Source: Acinetobacter wanghuae (GTDB lineage Bacteria; Pseudomonadota; Gammaproteobacteria; Pseudomonadales; Moraxellaceae). From it: a stretch of 32,000 bases of DNA. Of the stretch, positions 18,502 to 29,352 are shown piece after piece. Every line of letters starts with the position of its first letter. Position 1 is the stretch's first letter. The DNA lies in assembly GCF_009557235.1 (NCBI RefSeq), contig NZ_CP045650.1:660001-692000 (forward strand), read 5' to 3'. The notes under the pieces are model-generated. The model was not told the DNA's origin. It saw nothing but the letters and a program-made list of their open reading frames with translations, and searched no databases. Made by a program: the position numbers and the translations under genes.

Positions 18502-20541
18502 ATGTCACTCGCAAGTCAATTAAACGACAAGCAACTTGAAGCCATGAAATATACTCAAGGACCCTTGTTAGTACTTGCAGGCGCGGGTTCAGGTAAGACT
18601 TCAGTAATTACAAGAAAAATCGCATACTTAGTCAAGCATTGTGGTATTCCTGCGCATCGTATTACCGCGATGACCTTCACCAATAAAGCCGCACGAGAGA
18701 TGAAAGAGCGTGTGACGAAACTGATGACGCGTGAAGAAGCAAAAGGGCTATCAGTCTCGACTTTCCATAACTTTGGCTTAAATTTATTACGATTAGAGCT
18801 GAAACATACACCGCTTAAAAATAATTTCTCGATTCTAGACGCTGACGATTGCAAACGTATTTTAATGGATTTAATGCATCGCGATAATTTATCGGGTGCA
18901 GAAAGCAAAGAACTCATCGCCAAAGCCATGCGCATGATTTCGGACTGGAAAAATGATTTGATTCCACCGGAACAAGCGCATACCACCTGTGAAACTGCCG
19001 AAGACGTTCAGTTTGCGCATTTGTATCAGTTATATGAGCGTAATTTACGTGCCTATAACGCGGTAGATTTTGATGACTTGATTGTCATGCCAACGCGTCT
19101 TTTACAAGAAAATGCAGAAGTCCGCGATAAATGGCAGAACCGTGTGCGTTATTTATTGGTCGATGAGTATCAAGACACCAATACCGCACAGTATATTTTA
19201 GTGAAACTGCTTGTTGGTGTGATGGGGCAGTTCACGGCAGTAGGTGATGATGACCAATCTATTTATGCATGGCGTGGTGCAAAACCTGAAAATATGGGCT
19301 TATTACAGGAAGATTTCCGTAATTTAAAAGTCATTAAACTTGAACAAAACTATCGTTCAACCAGCCGTATTTTGAAAGCAGCGAATACTGTTATTGGTAA
19401 TAATCCACATTTATTTGAAAAAAAATTATGGTCAGACAAAGGGCATGGTGAAGTTATTCGCGTGATTACCTGCCGAAACGATGACGATGAAGCAGAACGC
19501 GTGGTCAAAGATTTGATTACGCATAAGCTGATGAACGGTAAGAGTTGGAAAGATTACGCCATTTTATATCGCGGTAATTTCCAAGCACGTATTTTGGAAA
19601 CCCAACTGCGTCAAATGCAGATTCCGTACAAGCTCTCTGGTGGTCAGTCCTTCTTCGCACGTGCTGAAATTAAAGACATGATGGGTTATTTACGTCTGAT
19701 CATTAACCCTGAAGATGACAGCGCATTCTTGCGGATTATCAATACGCCAAAACGTGCCATTGGACCTGTCACCTTAGAGAAACTGGGTTTATTTGCACAA
19801 GAAAATAATTTATCGTTGCTCGCGGCAGCAGGCGATCAGCGTCTGACGATGGTCATTCCTAAAAAAGCGACTTCGCAACTGGCAGAGTTTTTTGATTTTA
19901 TCGAAAACTTTACCCGTCGTTTGCTTGAAGATGATGAACCTGTTCCAATTATTCGTCAGATGATGCTAGAAGCGGGTTATATCGATTACATCAAAGAATC
20001 AGCAGCGACACCGGCACAGGAAAAAACCAAGCTCGACAATATTGAGATCTTGTATAGCAGTATTCAAAGTTTGATTAATCGTGCTGAAGATGTCGATGAA
20101 AAGAATATTGAAAGTGTCATTCGCAAAATGGTACTGCTCGATATGCTTGAACAGCAACAGGAAGAAGAAGACACCGATAAAGTCAACTTATTGACCCTAC
20201 ATGCTTCAAAAGGGCTTGAGTTCCCGTATGTGTACTTAATTGGTTTGGAAGAAGAAATTCTGCCGCATAAAAACTCGATTGCAGCGGATACCGTTGAGGA
20301 AGAACGCCGTCTGATGTATGTGGGCATTACGCGTGCGCGTCAGGGTTTGACCATTACCTTAGCTGAGCAGCGTAAAGCAGGTGGTCAAATGAAACAAATG
20401 ACCCCAAGCCGTTTCTTAGATGAACTGCCTGAAGATGAACTCGAATGGCTGGGTCGTAAGAAAAAGCTTGCCGGTAATATCGATCCGAAACAACAAGCAC
20501 AGCATTATTTAGATAATTTACGTGCCTTAATTAAGCGCTAA
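18502..20541 (+). CDS. rep: ATP-dependent DNA helicase Rep (UvrD/Rep superfamily 1).
   Basis: The product begins MSLASQLNDKQLEAMKYTQGPLLVLAGAGSGKTSVIT and contains LLVDEYQDTN, the QNYRS motif and VGITRAR. It is 679 aa. The ATG at 18502 follows a GAGGAAG RBS. The Rep-versus-UvrD call rests on length and the N-terminus and is moderately secure. Confidence 0.88.
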   Translation: MSLASQLNDKQLEAMKYTQGPLLVLAGAGSGKTSVITRKIAYLVKHCGIPAHRITAMTFTNKAAREMKERVTKLMTREEAKGLSVSTFHNFGLNLLRLELKHTPLKNNFSILDADDCKRILMDLMHRDNLSGAESKELIAKAMRMISDWKNDLIPPEQAHTTCETAEDVQFAHLYQLYERNLRAYNAVDFDDLIVMPTRLLQENAEVRDKWQNRVRYLLVDEYQDTNTAQYILVKLLVGVMGQFTAVGDDDQSIYAWRGAKPENMGLLQEDFRNLKVIKLEQNYRSTSRILKAANTVIGNNPHLFEKKLWSDKGHGEVIRVITCRNDDDEAERVVKDLITHKLMNGKSWKDYAILYRGNFQARILETQLRQMQIPYKLSGGQSFFARAEIKDMMGYLRLIINPEDDSAFLRIINTPKRAIGPVTLEKLGLFAQENNLSLLAAAGDQRLTMVIPKKATSQLAEFFDFIENFTRRLLEDDEPVPIIRQMMLEAGYIDYIKESAATPAQEKTKLDNIEILYSSIQSLINRAEDVDEKNIESVIRKMVLLDMLEQQQEEEDTDKVNLLTLHASKGLEFPYVYLIGLEEEILPHKNSIAADTVEEERRLMYVGITRARQGLTITLAEQRKAGGQMKQMTPSRFLDELPEDELEWLGRKKKLAGNIDPKQQAQHYLDNLRALIKR

Positions 20542-20583
20542 TTTTAGATATTTTTAGTTTATATATTCGACAGGAATGAATTG

Positions 20584-21036
20584 ATGAAAGTCCAAGTTAA
20601 AGTTTTAGACACGCGTCTTGGTGGTGAATGGCCAATGCCAACGTATGCCACCACAGGTTCTGCAGGTTTAGACCTTCGTGCATGTGTCGCAGAAACAACT
20701 GTAATTGAACCGGGTCAAACTTTACTTGTAAAAACAGGTTTAGCAATTTACATCGAAGATCCAGCATTTGCCGGTTTGATCTTGCCACGTTCAGGTCTGG
20801 GTCATAAATATGGCATCGTACTCGGTAACTTGGTTGGTTTAATTGACTCAGATTATCAAGGTGAATTGATGGTATCGGTATGGAACCGTAGCCAAACAGC
20901 GTTTAGCCTCGAGCCAGGTGAGCGTCTCGCACAATATGTACTTGTTCCTGTGATGCAAGCACAATTTGACATTGTGAATGAGTTTGAAGCAACCGAACGT
21001 GGTGCAGGTGGTTTTGGTCATACAGGCACAAACTAA
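20584..21036 (+). CDS. dut: dUTP diphosphatase.
   Basis: The 150-aa product contains [28 protein letters not shown] and [10 protein letters not shown]. The ATG is at 20584; the track start at 20581 is a TTG. Confidence 0.95.
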   Translation: MKVQVKVLDTRLGGEWPMPTYATTGSAGLDLRACVAETTVIEPGQTLLVKTGLAIYIEDPAFAGLILPRSGLGHKYGIVLGNLVGLIDSDYQGELMVSVWNRSQTAFSLEPGERLAQYVLVPVMQAQFDIVNEFEATERGAGGFGHTGTN

Positions 21037-21043
21037 GTCATAC

Positions 21044-21076
21044 AAAAGGCTTATGTGCAATGCATAGGCCTTTTTT
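21044..21076 (+). terminator. Rho-independent terminator of dut.
   Basis: The stem is AAAAGGCTTATG / CATAGGCCTTTT with one G-U pair and loop TGCAATG, followed by a T-run. Confidence 0.8.
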
Positions 21077-21354
21077 ATGAGCATAGAAAACACGTTTTTA
21101 TGTTGCAGCTTATATTTTAAAATAATGAATCTTTCTCTTTTCATTTTTCTGGCACTTTAAATAGCCTGCTATTTTTTATACAACTTTATATTCATTTAAG
21201 TTTTTGATATTTAATAATTTTACTTAATGTTTATTGATTATTATTTTTAAATCAGATAGATATAGCGGGTCTTAAAACAATAATACATGTTTCAAGTCAT
21301 GACGATTATATTGAATTGTCTAAAATTTATTCCAAATAAACATTTACTGAACAC

Positions 21355-23692
<2,338 letters not shown>

Positions 23693-23716
23693 TATTTATT
23701 TGTGATTATGATTGAT

Positions 23717-23743
23717 AAGAGTCTCATCAGAGGCTCTTTTTTT
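23717..23743 (+). terminator. Rho-independent terminator of argB.
   Basis: The sequence is AAGAGTCTC-ATCA-GAGGCTCTT with one G-U pair, followed by TTTTT. Confidence 0.8.
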
Positions 23744-23958
23744 ATGTTTGCTTGAATCTTATTGTGTATAGAATAAAAAGCCAAGATCACTTCATTTAGA
23801 TGTGACCTACGCCATTCAAAGGGCTTATTTTTTGAATGAAAGTGTTAAACGATAGAATAGTCTCGAAAAAACCGTTAAATTGAAGAGAGTTGTTTGCAAA
23901 GTAGCCTTCGAGTCATGCAAAATAAACGCACGCATCCTTTTTGTATTTGATCGAGATT

Positions 23959-24807
23959 ATGTGCCAACTGCTTGGAATGAATTGTGCAACACCGACGGAC
24001 ATTACCTTTTCATTTCGTGGTTTTTCGCAACGCGCAGGAGTCACTTCAGACCACTGTGATGGTTTCGGCATTGCATTTTTTGAAGATAAAGCCTGCCGTC
24101 TATTTGTCGATAATCAATCCGCGGTTGAATCCCCGATTGCAGAACTGGTTCGTAACTATCCGATTAAATCTCGCAATGTGATTGCGCATATTCGTAAAGC
24201 GACTCAAGGCAAAATCAATTTAGAAAATTCGCATCCTTTTAGTCGTGAGCTGTGGGGGCGCCAATGGATTTTTGCGCACAATGGCGATTTACATGATTTT
24301 AATCCCCAGTTAGCAGGGCGTTTTACCCCAGTCGGCAACACGGACAGCGAATTGGCGTTTTGTTTTATCTTGGAACAATTGGTAAAGCGCTTTGGCTATG
24401 TTGAACCCAATCTCAATCAAATCTTCGATTTGTTATTAGAAATTTCACCATCTATTGCTGAACATGGCACGTTTAATTTTTGTTTATCCAATGGTCAAGC
24501 GTTGTTTAGCTATGCGATTACCAAACTGAATTGGTTGGTTCGTGAATACCCATTTAAGCCCGCCCAATTGATTGACTTAGATGTTGAAGTCGATTTTAGT
24601 GAGCTGACGACACCTGACGATCGCGTGGCGGTCATCACCACTGAGCCTTTAACACAAAATGAAGTATGGACGGCATTTCGACCCGGCGAGATGATTTTGT
24701 TCCAACATGGGCAAAATATCCGTGCTGAGATGACGCATGTCGCGCGTTTAGAACGTGAACGTTTAGATCCTTCGCTTAAACGAGTGACTAAAGCAGATCA
24801 ATACTAA
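23959..24807 (+). CDS. yafJ: Class II (Ntn) glutamine amidotransferase, YafJ-like.
   Basis: The product begins MCQLLGMNCATPTDITFSF, with the catalytic Cys2. It is collinear with E. coli YafJ (PIAELVRNYPIKSRNVIAHIRKAT, LENSHPFSRELWGRQWIFAHNGDL). The track start at 23941 is a TTG extension. Confidence 0.85.
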   Translation: MCQLLGMNCATPTDITFSFRGFSQRAGVTSDHCDGFGIAFFEDKACRLFVDNQSAVESPIAELVRNYPIKSRNVIAHIRKATQGKINLENSHPFSRELWGRQWIFAHNGDLHDFNPQLAGRFTPVGNTDSELAFCFILEQLVKRFGYVEPNLNQIFDLLLEISPSIAEHGTFNFCLSNGQALFSYAITKLNWLVREYPFKPAQLIDLDVEVDFSELTTPDDRVAVITTEPLTQNEVWTAFRPGEMILFQHGQNIRAEMTHVARLERERLDPSLKRVTKADQY

Positions 24808-24815
24808 GCCCATAT

Positions 24816-24839
24816 AAAGCGAGCCTAGCTCGCTTTTTT
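24816..24839 (+). terminator. Rho-independent terminator.
   Basis: The sequence is AAAGCGAGC-CTA-GCTCGCTTT followed by TTT. Confidence 0.85.
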
Positions 24840-25080
24840 ATGCTTGAAATGCGCTAAAAACTTTTATAAAAATACGCGATTAAAATTCAATTTTGGTTAA
24901 TTAATAATTGATGTTTTTGGTCGGCTTTAATTTTATTTATTATAGATAACAATTGGTTATGAAATTAATGCTGAAAATTATCTAAAGTTGACTAATTTAC
25001 TTCATTTTTATTTCCATCAATACCCTATATGCTTATTTTTATGTGATAAATCATTAAAATTTATAGGGGTTGTAGTGAAA

Positions 25081-25530
25081 ATGAAGTGGATTCCAGAATA
25101 CAACACTGGTATTGATGTGATTGACGATCAACATAAACGCATCCTTGATTATATTAATGAAATCGAAGGTGTGAATATGCATACCGATCGTGCTCGAGTG
25201 AAACAAATCCTTGAAAATATTATTGATTATACCCAGTCGCATTTCACCTTTGAGGAATCACTACAAGAAGAAGCCGGGTATAAATACCGTGTTCCCCATA
25301 AACGTGTGCATGATATTTTTATTAAAAAAATTGAATCGTATCGTGACCGTTTTGAGTTGGGGCAGTCGATTGAATCGGAGTTACATGAAGTCTTGTCCAA
25401 ATGGCTGATTAATCATATTCAACACGATGATGCCGATTATGTCGGTGCTGTGAAAGAAAATATGATGGGCATTATTAAAGAAAAAGAAACCAAAAAAGGA
25501 AAAAATTGGTTTGCCCGTTTCTTCTCATAA
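25081..25530 (+). CDS. Bacteriohemerythrin (single-domain, 149 aa).
   Basis: The product begins MKWIPEYNTGIDVIDDQHKRIL. Its iron-ligand pattern is H..., HFTFE (HxxxE), HKRVH (HxxxH) and HIQHDD (HxxxxD). The track ORF start at 24988 is a false extension into AT-rich DNA. Confidence 0.85.
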   Translation: MKWIPEYNTGIDVIDDQHKRILDYINEIEGVNMHTDRARVKQILENIIDYTQSHFTFEESLQEEAGYKYRVPHKRVHDIFIKKIESYRDRFELGQSIESELHEVLSKWLINHIQHDDADYVGAVKENMMGIIKEKETKKGKNWFARFFS

Positions 25531-25580
25531 TCATAACTCAAAGACATAAAAATAACGAAAGCTCCAAGAAAATTTGCGCA

Positions 25581-25611
25581 GCAAATCACCGGTCCAGTGA
25601 TTTGCTTTTTT
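25581..25611 (+). terminator. Rho-independent terminator.
   Basis: The stem is GCAAATCAC (25581-25589) / GTGATTTGC (25597-25605), followed by TTTTTT. Confidence 0.85.
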
Positions 25612-25671
25612 ATTTTTGATTTTCAGGGCTTCGCAAGGCAAAATAGCGCTAGATTATTATAGGACCGCATC

Positions 25672-26751
25672 ATGCAGGACAAAGCTATGTCAAAATGGTT
25701 ATCGCCGCTGATGGCATTTTGTTTATCCTTTCTTATTATTGCGACGCTCGCACCAATAACAGGTATTCAAATCGACCGTCAGCTTGATTTTTGGATCCTC
25801 TGGTTAGTGACCATGTTTATCTTAGCACTGCCCATTTGTTATTTAGAAATTGCGCTTGCGAAACGTTCAAAAACAACAGCTGTACAGGCGTTGTCTATGC
25901 TTACTCGTGATGCCGATGCGTCACAAAAATGGCGTATTGTCGGTTGGATGGGCGTGGTGTTTATTCCATTCCTGGCAGGTGCAATGCTGAATTATGCCAG
26001 CAATGTCCTTGCAGTCGCGACACCTGATATTGCAACCCATCTTTTATTTGTTGTATTGGCAGTTGTGGCATTAGCCTTATCTCTCATTCCACGTCAAATT
26101 CTCGTGTTAATCGCTGCAGTGGGGGTGATTTCCTCATTGCTATTGGCGAATGTGATGGGAACTGCATTACCAGCATGGCACGTAACCGCCATTGAATTCT
26201 CTGAGTGGGGCAGTGCGACTGTGCTTGCTTTAGTCGCAAGTGGCTTAGGGATGGGCTTGTATTGGCAATCAAGCCTTGCAGCAGTGCAACAGCAAGATCA
26301 AGCGACAAAATCTGCTTTACCAATTTGGATTGCGCAGTTTATTGCCGTTATTGCCTTCGGTTTCTTTGCAGTGAAAGCGCAAGTTTCTGCATTGGCTTTA
26401 GTGGTTGCAATGGTTGCGGCAGCAGCTTTGATGTTCAATATGGCGCGTGAGCAATTGCAACAACGTCAGCTGCATACCGTTATTCAATGGGCCATTGTCG
26501 TGATTGCGACCTTAGTGTGGGCTGTGCCAAATATCGCAACTGTTTTCAATCCACTATTATTGTTATGGGGTTTGATTATCAGTTTGATTTATGCGGTCTT
26601 TGCCGGTTGGATTATGAAAATCAGCCATTTACGTAAATCGATGAATTTCAGTTCAGAAGTGTTTTATAACTTATGGCGTGTTGCAGTGCGCGTGGTATTA
26701 CCGCTGTCGATTATTGTGGCAATCATTGCGGTATTGGGACAATTGATCTAA
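25672..26751 (+). CDS. Polytopic inner-membrane protein of unknown function. It may be a distant sodium-symporter-like fold.
   Basis: The 359-aa product has about 10 hydrophobic helices. The N-terminal stretch LWLVTMFILALPICYLEIALAKRS is weakly reminiscent of NSS/SNF TM1, which is a low-confidence impression. AGGA lies 7 nt upstream of the ATG. Its stop codon overlaps the RnfH start (TAATG). Confidence 0.65.
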   Translation: MQDKAMSKWLSPLMAFCLSFLIIATLAPITGIQIDRQLDFWILWLVTMFILALPICYLEIALAKRSKTTAVQALSMLTRDADASQKWRIVGWMGVVFIPFLAGAMLNYASNVLAVATPDIATHLLFVVLAVVALALSLIPRQILVLIAAVGVISSLLLANVMGTALPAWHVTAIEFSEWGSATVLALVASGLGMGLYWQSSLAAVQQQDQATKSALPIWIAQFIAVIAFGFFAVKAQVSALALVVAMVAAAALMFNMAREQLQQRQLHTVIQWAIVVIATLVWAVPNIATVFNPLLLLWGLIISLIYAVFAGWIMKISHLRKSMNFSSEVFYNLWRVAVRVVLPLSIIVAIIAVLGQLI

Positions 26752-27089
26752 TGTCGAGTTCTGCTGTCATTTGGGTTGCTTATGCGACCCCTGAACACCA
26801 GTTTCATATTGCAGTGCCGTATGTGGAAGGCATGACTGTTTTAGATGCGATTCAGCAAAGTGAATTGACCACCAAGGTTAATTTACCTGAGCCGCTCAAT
26901 GTGGGCATTTTTGGCGTACGTGCGGAGCTGAGCCAGGTGTTAACAGTGGGTGATCGTGTAGAAATTTATCGGGCATTAACCATTAATCCACTCGATATTC
27001 GCCGTAATCGTGCTCAAAAAAATCCTGTCGGGCGTTTTGGTAAGAGTAATCGTGCCAAGAACCTGCAAGGACGCATGGATAAAAACTAA
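26751..27089 (+). CDS. RnfH-family (UPF0125, ubiquitin-like fold) protein.
   Basis: The 112-aa product contains IWVAYATPEHQFHIAVPYVEGMTVLDAI, GIFGVRAELSQVLTVGDRVEIYRAL and DIRRNRA, typical of RnfH/YfjF. The ATG at 26751 shares its A with the upstream TAA. The track start at 26673 lies inside the upstream gene. Confidence 0.85.
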   Translation: MSSSAVIWVAYATPEHQFHIAVPYVEGMTVLDAIQQSELTTKVNLPEPLNVGIFGVRAELSQVLTVGDRVEIYRALTINPLDIRRNRAQKNPVGRFGKSNRAKNLQGRMDKN

Positions 27090-27137
27090 GTCATGTCGTT
27101 ATTTTAAGCATGCTTCAATCAATCTATGCCGAATAAT

Positions 27138-27167
27138 AAAAAACCCCTTGAATTGAAGGGGTTTTTT
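27138..27167. terminator. Bidirectional rho-independent terminator between the RnfH gene and bamE.
   Basis: The sequence is AAAAAACCCCTT-GAATTG-AAGGGGTTTTTT. Confidence 0.85.
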
Positions 27168-27180
27168 ATTGGAAAAAAGT

Positions 27181-27579
27181 TTATAGTGGTGGCGCATTTA
27201 AAATAGCTTCTTTTGAACCGGGAAGGCCGGGTTGTGATGCAGGAATAGTGTCTAAACCTTCAATACGTTCTACCGTACCTGTTGCATCAAAGAATACTTT
27301 TAAATGTTGACCCGATGCTGCTGGAATCTTGACTTTTTTAGCGTAGGTTCCTGGGGTATAATTGTAGATGTAATCCCAACGTAGCGGATTCATTGGATCG
27401 GTCACAGTTGGACTACCCAATAAGAAGCGAACTTGTTGATGGCTCATTCCGACTTGGATTTTAGCAGCCTGTGCTTGAGTTAATGGTGTTCCTTGTGGAA
27501 TATCCACTTTATATACGCCCAAGGTCGAACAACCGGTGAGCAATGAAGTGACGAATAACGTCAGCATGATTTTTTGCAT
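27181..27579 (-). CDS. bamE: Outer-membrane protein assembly factor BamE (SmpA/OmlA lipoprotein).
   Basis: The product begins MQKIMLTLFVTSLLTGC, which carries a lipobox. It also contains YKVDIPQGTPLTQAQAAKIQVGMSHQQVRFLLGSP. Its divergent arrangement with fur matches Pseudomonas. Confidence 0.9.
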   Translation of the reverse strand: MQKIMLTLFVTSLLTGCSTLGVYKVDIPQGTPLTQAQAAKIQVGMSHQQVRFLLGSPTVTDPMNPLRWDYIYNYTPGTYAKKVKIPAASGQHLKVFFDATGTVERIEGLDTIPASQPGLPGSKEAILNAPPL

Positions 27580-27691
27580 TTTGCTACACTATCCCAAATT
27601 AATTATGATGCATTTGATCCAAGGATAGATCATACTGCATCTAAACTTTGTTGCATATTCCAACTTTAATTTTGTTGAGAGACCTTTGTAC

Positions 27692-28129
27692 ATGCCAATT
27701 TCAAACCAAGATTTACGCAAAGCTGGACTGAAAGTTACACTACCTCGAATTAAAATATTAGAACTATTAGAAAACTCTAGACAGCATCACCTTAGCGCTG
27801 AAGACATTTACAAGACCTTACTCGATCAAGGCGAAGATGTCGGTTTAGCGACTGTGTATCGTGTGTTAACACAATTTGAAGCGGCAGGTATTATTCAACG
27901 TCATCATTTTGAAAATAATCATTCTGTTTTTGAAATTATGCAAGATGATCATCACGATCATTTGGTTTGTCAAAACTGCAACAAAGTGGTTGAATTCCAT
28001 AATGATTTAATCGAGCAAGAGCAGCATACAGTTGCTAAAAGCTTTGGTTTTGAATTAACAGGTCACTCACTAAATTTGTATGGTTACTGCGATGCGCCTG
28101 AATGCCAAGAAGCATTCCGTAAAAAATAA
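27692..28129 (+). CDS. fur: Ferric uptake regulator.
   Basis: The product contains LKVTLPRIKILELLE, GLATVYRVLTQFEAAGI and HHDHLVCQNCNKVVEF. The ATG is at 27692; the track start at 27686 is a TTG. Confidence 0.95.
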   Translation: MPISNQDLRKAGLKVTLPRIKILELLENSRQHHLSAEDIYKTLLDQGEDVGLATVYRVLTQFEAAGIIQRHHFENNHSVFEIMQDDHHDHLVCQNCNKVVEFHNDLIEQEQHTVAKSFGFELTGHSLNLYGYCDAPECQEAFRKK

Positions 28130-28151
28130 TGCAGTGCTAGCTAGACTGATG

Positions 28152-28180
28152 AAAAAAGGCTTCTAACGAAGCCTTTTTTT
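28152..28180. terminator. Bidirectional rho-independent terminator between fur and pilU.
   Basis: The sequence is AAAAAAGGCTTC-TAAC-GAAGCCTTTTTTT. Confidence 0.85.
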
Positions 28181-28203
28181 ATGTTTAACGTTTAGGGTTT
28201 TTC

Positions 28204-29325
28204 TTAAGATTGACCATCAAAGGTGATATTTGAATTGGCATTCATGAGATGAGTGCCACCTTCTTCGGACAGTTTGATTTGCAGACGTAAATCGTTTGGC
28301 GAGTCAGCATGTTTCAATGCATCTTTGTACGTGATTTGCTTGGCTTTATAGAGATCATATAAAGCTTGGTCAAAGGTTTGCATCCCGAGTTCGCGTGAAC
28401 GTTTCATAATTTCTTTAATTTCATGCACGTCACCTTTACGGATCAAGTCTGAAATTAAAGGTGAATTGATCAACACTTCAATCGCTGCACGGCGACCTGT
28501 ACCATCTGGTGTTGGAATCAGTTGCTGCGCCACCATTGCTTTTAAGTTTAAGGATAAATCCATAAACAACTGGCTATGACGATCGGCTTCAAAGAAGTGA
28601 ATAATACGATCAATCGCTTGGTTGGCATTGTTGGCATGCAGGGTTGCAAATACCAAGTGACCTGTTTCTGCAAAGGCAATCGCATAATCCATCGTTTCGC
28701 GTGAACGAATCTCACCAATCAAAATCACATCAGGTGCCTGACGCAAAGTATTTTTTAACGCAATTTCAAATGAATCTGTATCTATACCTACTTCACGCTG
28801 GGTGATAATACAGCCTTTATGTTGGTGTACAAACTCGATTGGATCTTCAATGGTAATGATATGACCTTTGGAATTTTCATTACGATAGCCAATGAGCGAT
28901 GCCAATGAGGTTGATTTACCTGTACCCGTTGCACCTACAAAAATAATAATACCGCGCTTGGTCATCGCCAATTCTTTCAGAACAGGCGGTAACTTCAGTT
29001 CATCCATCGTCGGAATAGTGGTTTCAATACGACGTAACACCATGCCCGGTTGATCACGTTGCTGAAATGCACTCACACGAAAACGTGCGGTTTGACTGGC
29101 ATTGCTAATGGCAAAGTTACACTCGCGTGTTTCTGCAAATTCACGGCGCTGCTTATCGGACATAATTGAATGAACCAATTGTGCTACCGCAGAACCCGGA
29201 AGTTTGACCGATCCAATTGGATGAATTTGACCATTAATTTTAATAGAAGGTTCAACATCGGCGGTAACAAACAAATCCGATGCTTTCTTCTCGATCATAT
29301 AATCAAGTAAGCCATTAAAATCCAT
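28204..29325 (-). CDS. pilU: Type IV pilus retraction ATPase paralog PilU.
   Basis: The 373-aa product has the Walker A motif GATGTGKST and contains ITIEDPIEF and ILIGEIRSRETM. It lies immediately downstream of pilT, as in Pseudomonas. Confidence 0.9.
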   Translation of the reverse strand: MDFNGLLDYMIEKKASDLFVTADVEPSIKINGQIHPIGSVKLPGSAVAQLVHSIMSDKQRREFAETRECNFAISNASQTARFRVSAFQQRDQPGMVLRRIETTIPTMDELKLPPVLKELAMTKRGIIIFVGATGTGKSTSLASLIGYRNENSKGHIITIEDPIEFVHQHKGCIITQREVGIDTDSFEIALKNTLRQAPDVILIGEIRSRETMDYAIAFAETGHLVFATLHANNANQAIDRIIHFFEADRHSQLFMDLSLNLKAMVAQQLIPTPDGTGRRAAIEVLINSPLISDLIRKGDVHEIKEIMKRSRELGMQTFDQALYDLYKAKQITYKDALKHADSPNDLRLQIKLSEEGGTHLMNANSNITFDGQS

Positions 29326-29352
29326 GTGATGACCCCAAATCTACGCTTATGC

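Noticed and set aside
21150-21165. Sigma54-type promoter, TGGCAC-N-...GC, upstream of algC.
   Set aside because: The -24 TGGCAC is perfect, but the GC of the -12 element is displaced by one nucleotide from the canonical GG-N10-GC spacing, and the TTGC context is missing (ATAGC instead). That is too weak to call.
27601-27619. Candidate Fur box in the bamE-fur divergent region (AATTATGATGCATTTGATC).
   Set aside because: By my hand alignment only about 11 of 19 positions match the GATAATGATAATCATTATC consensus. That is no better than expected in AT-rich DNA.
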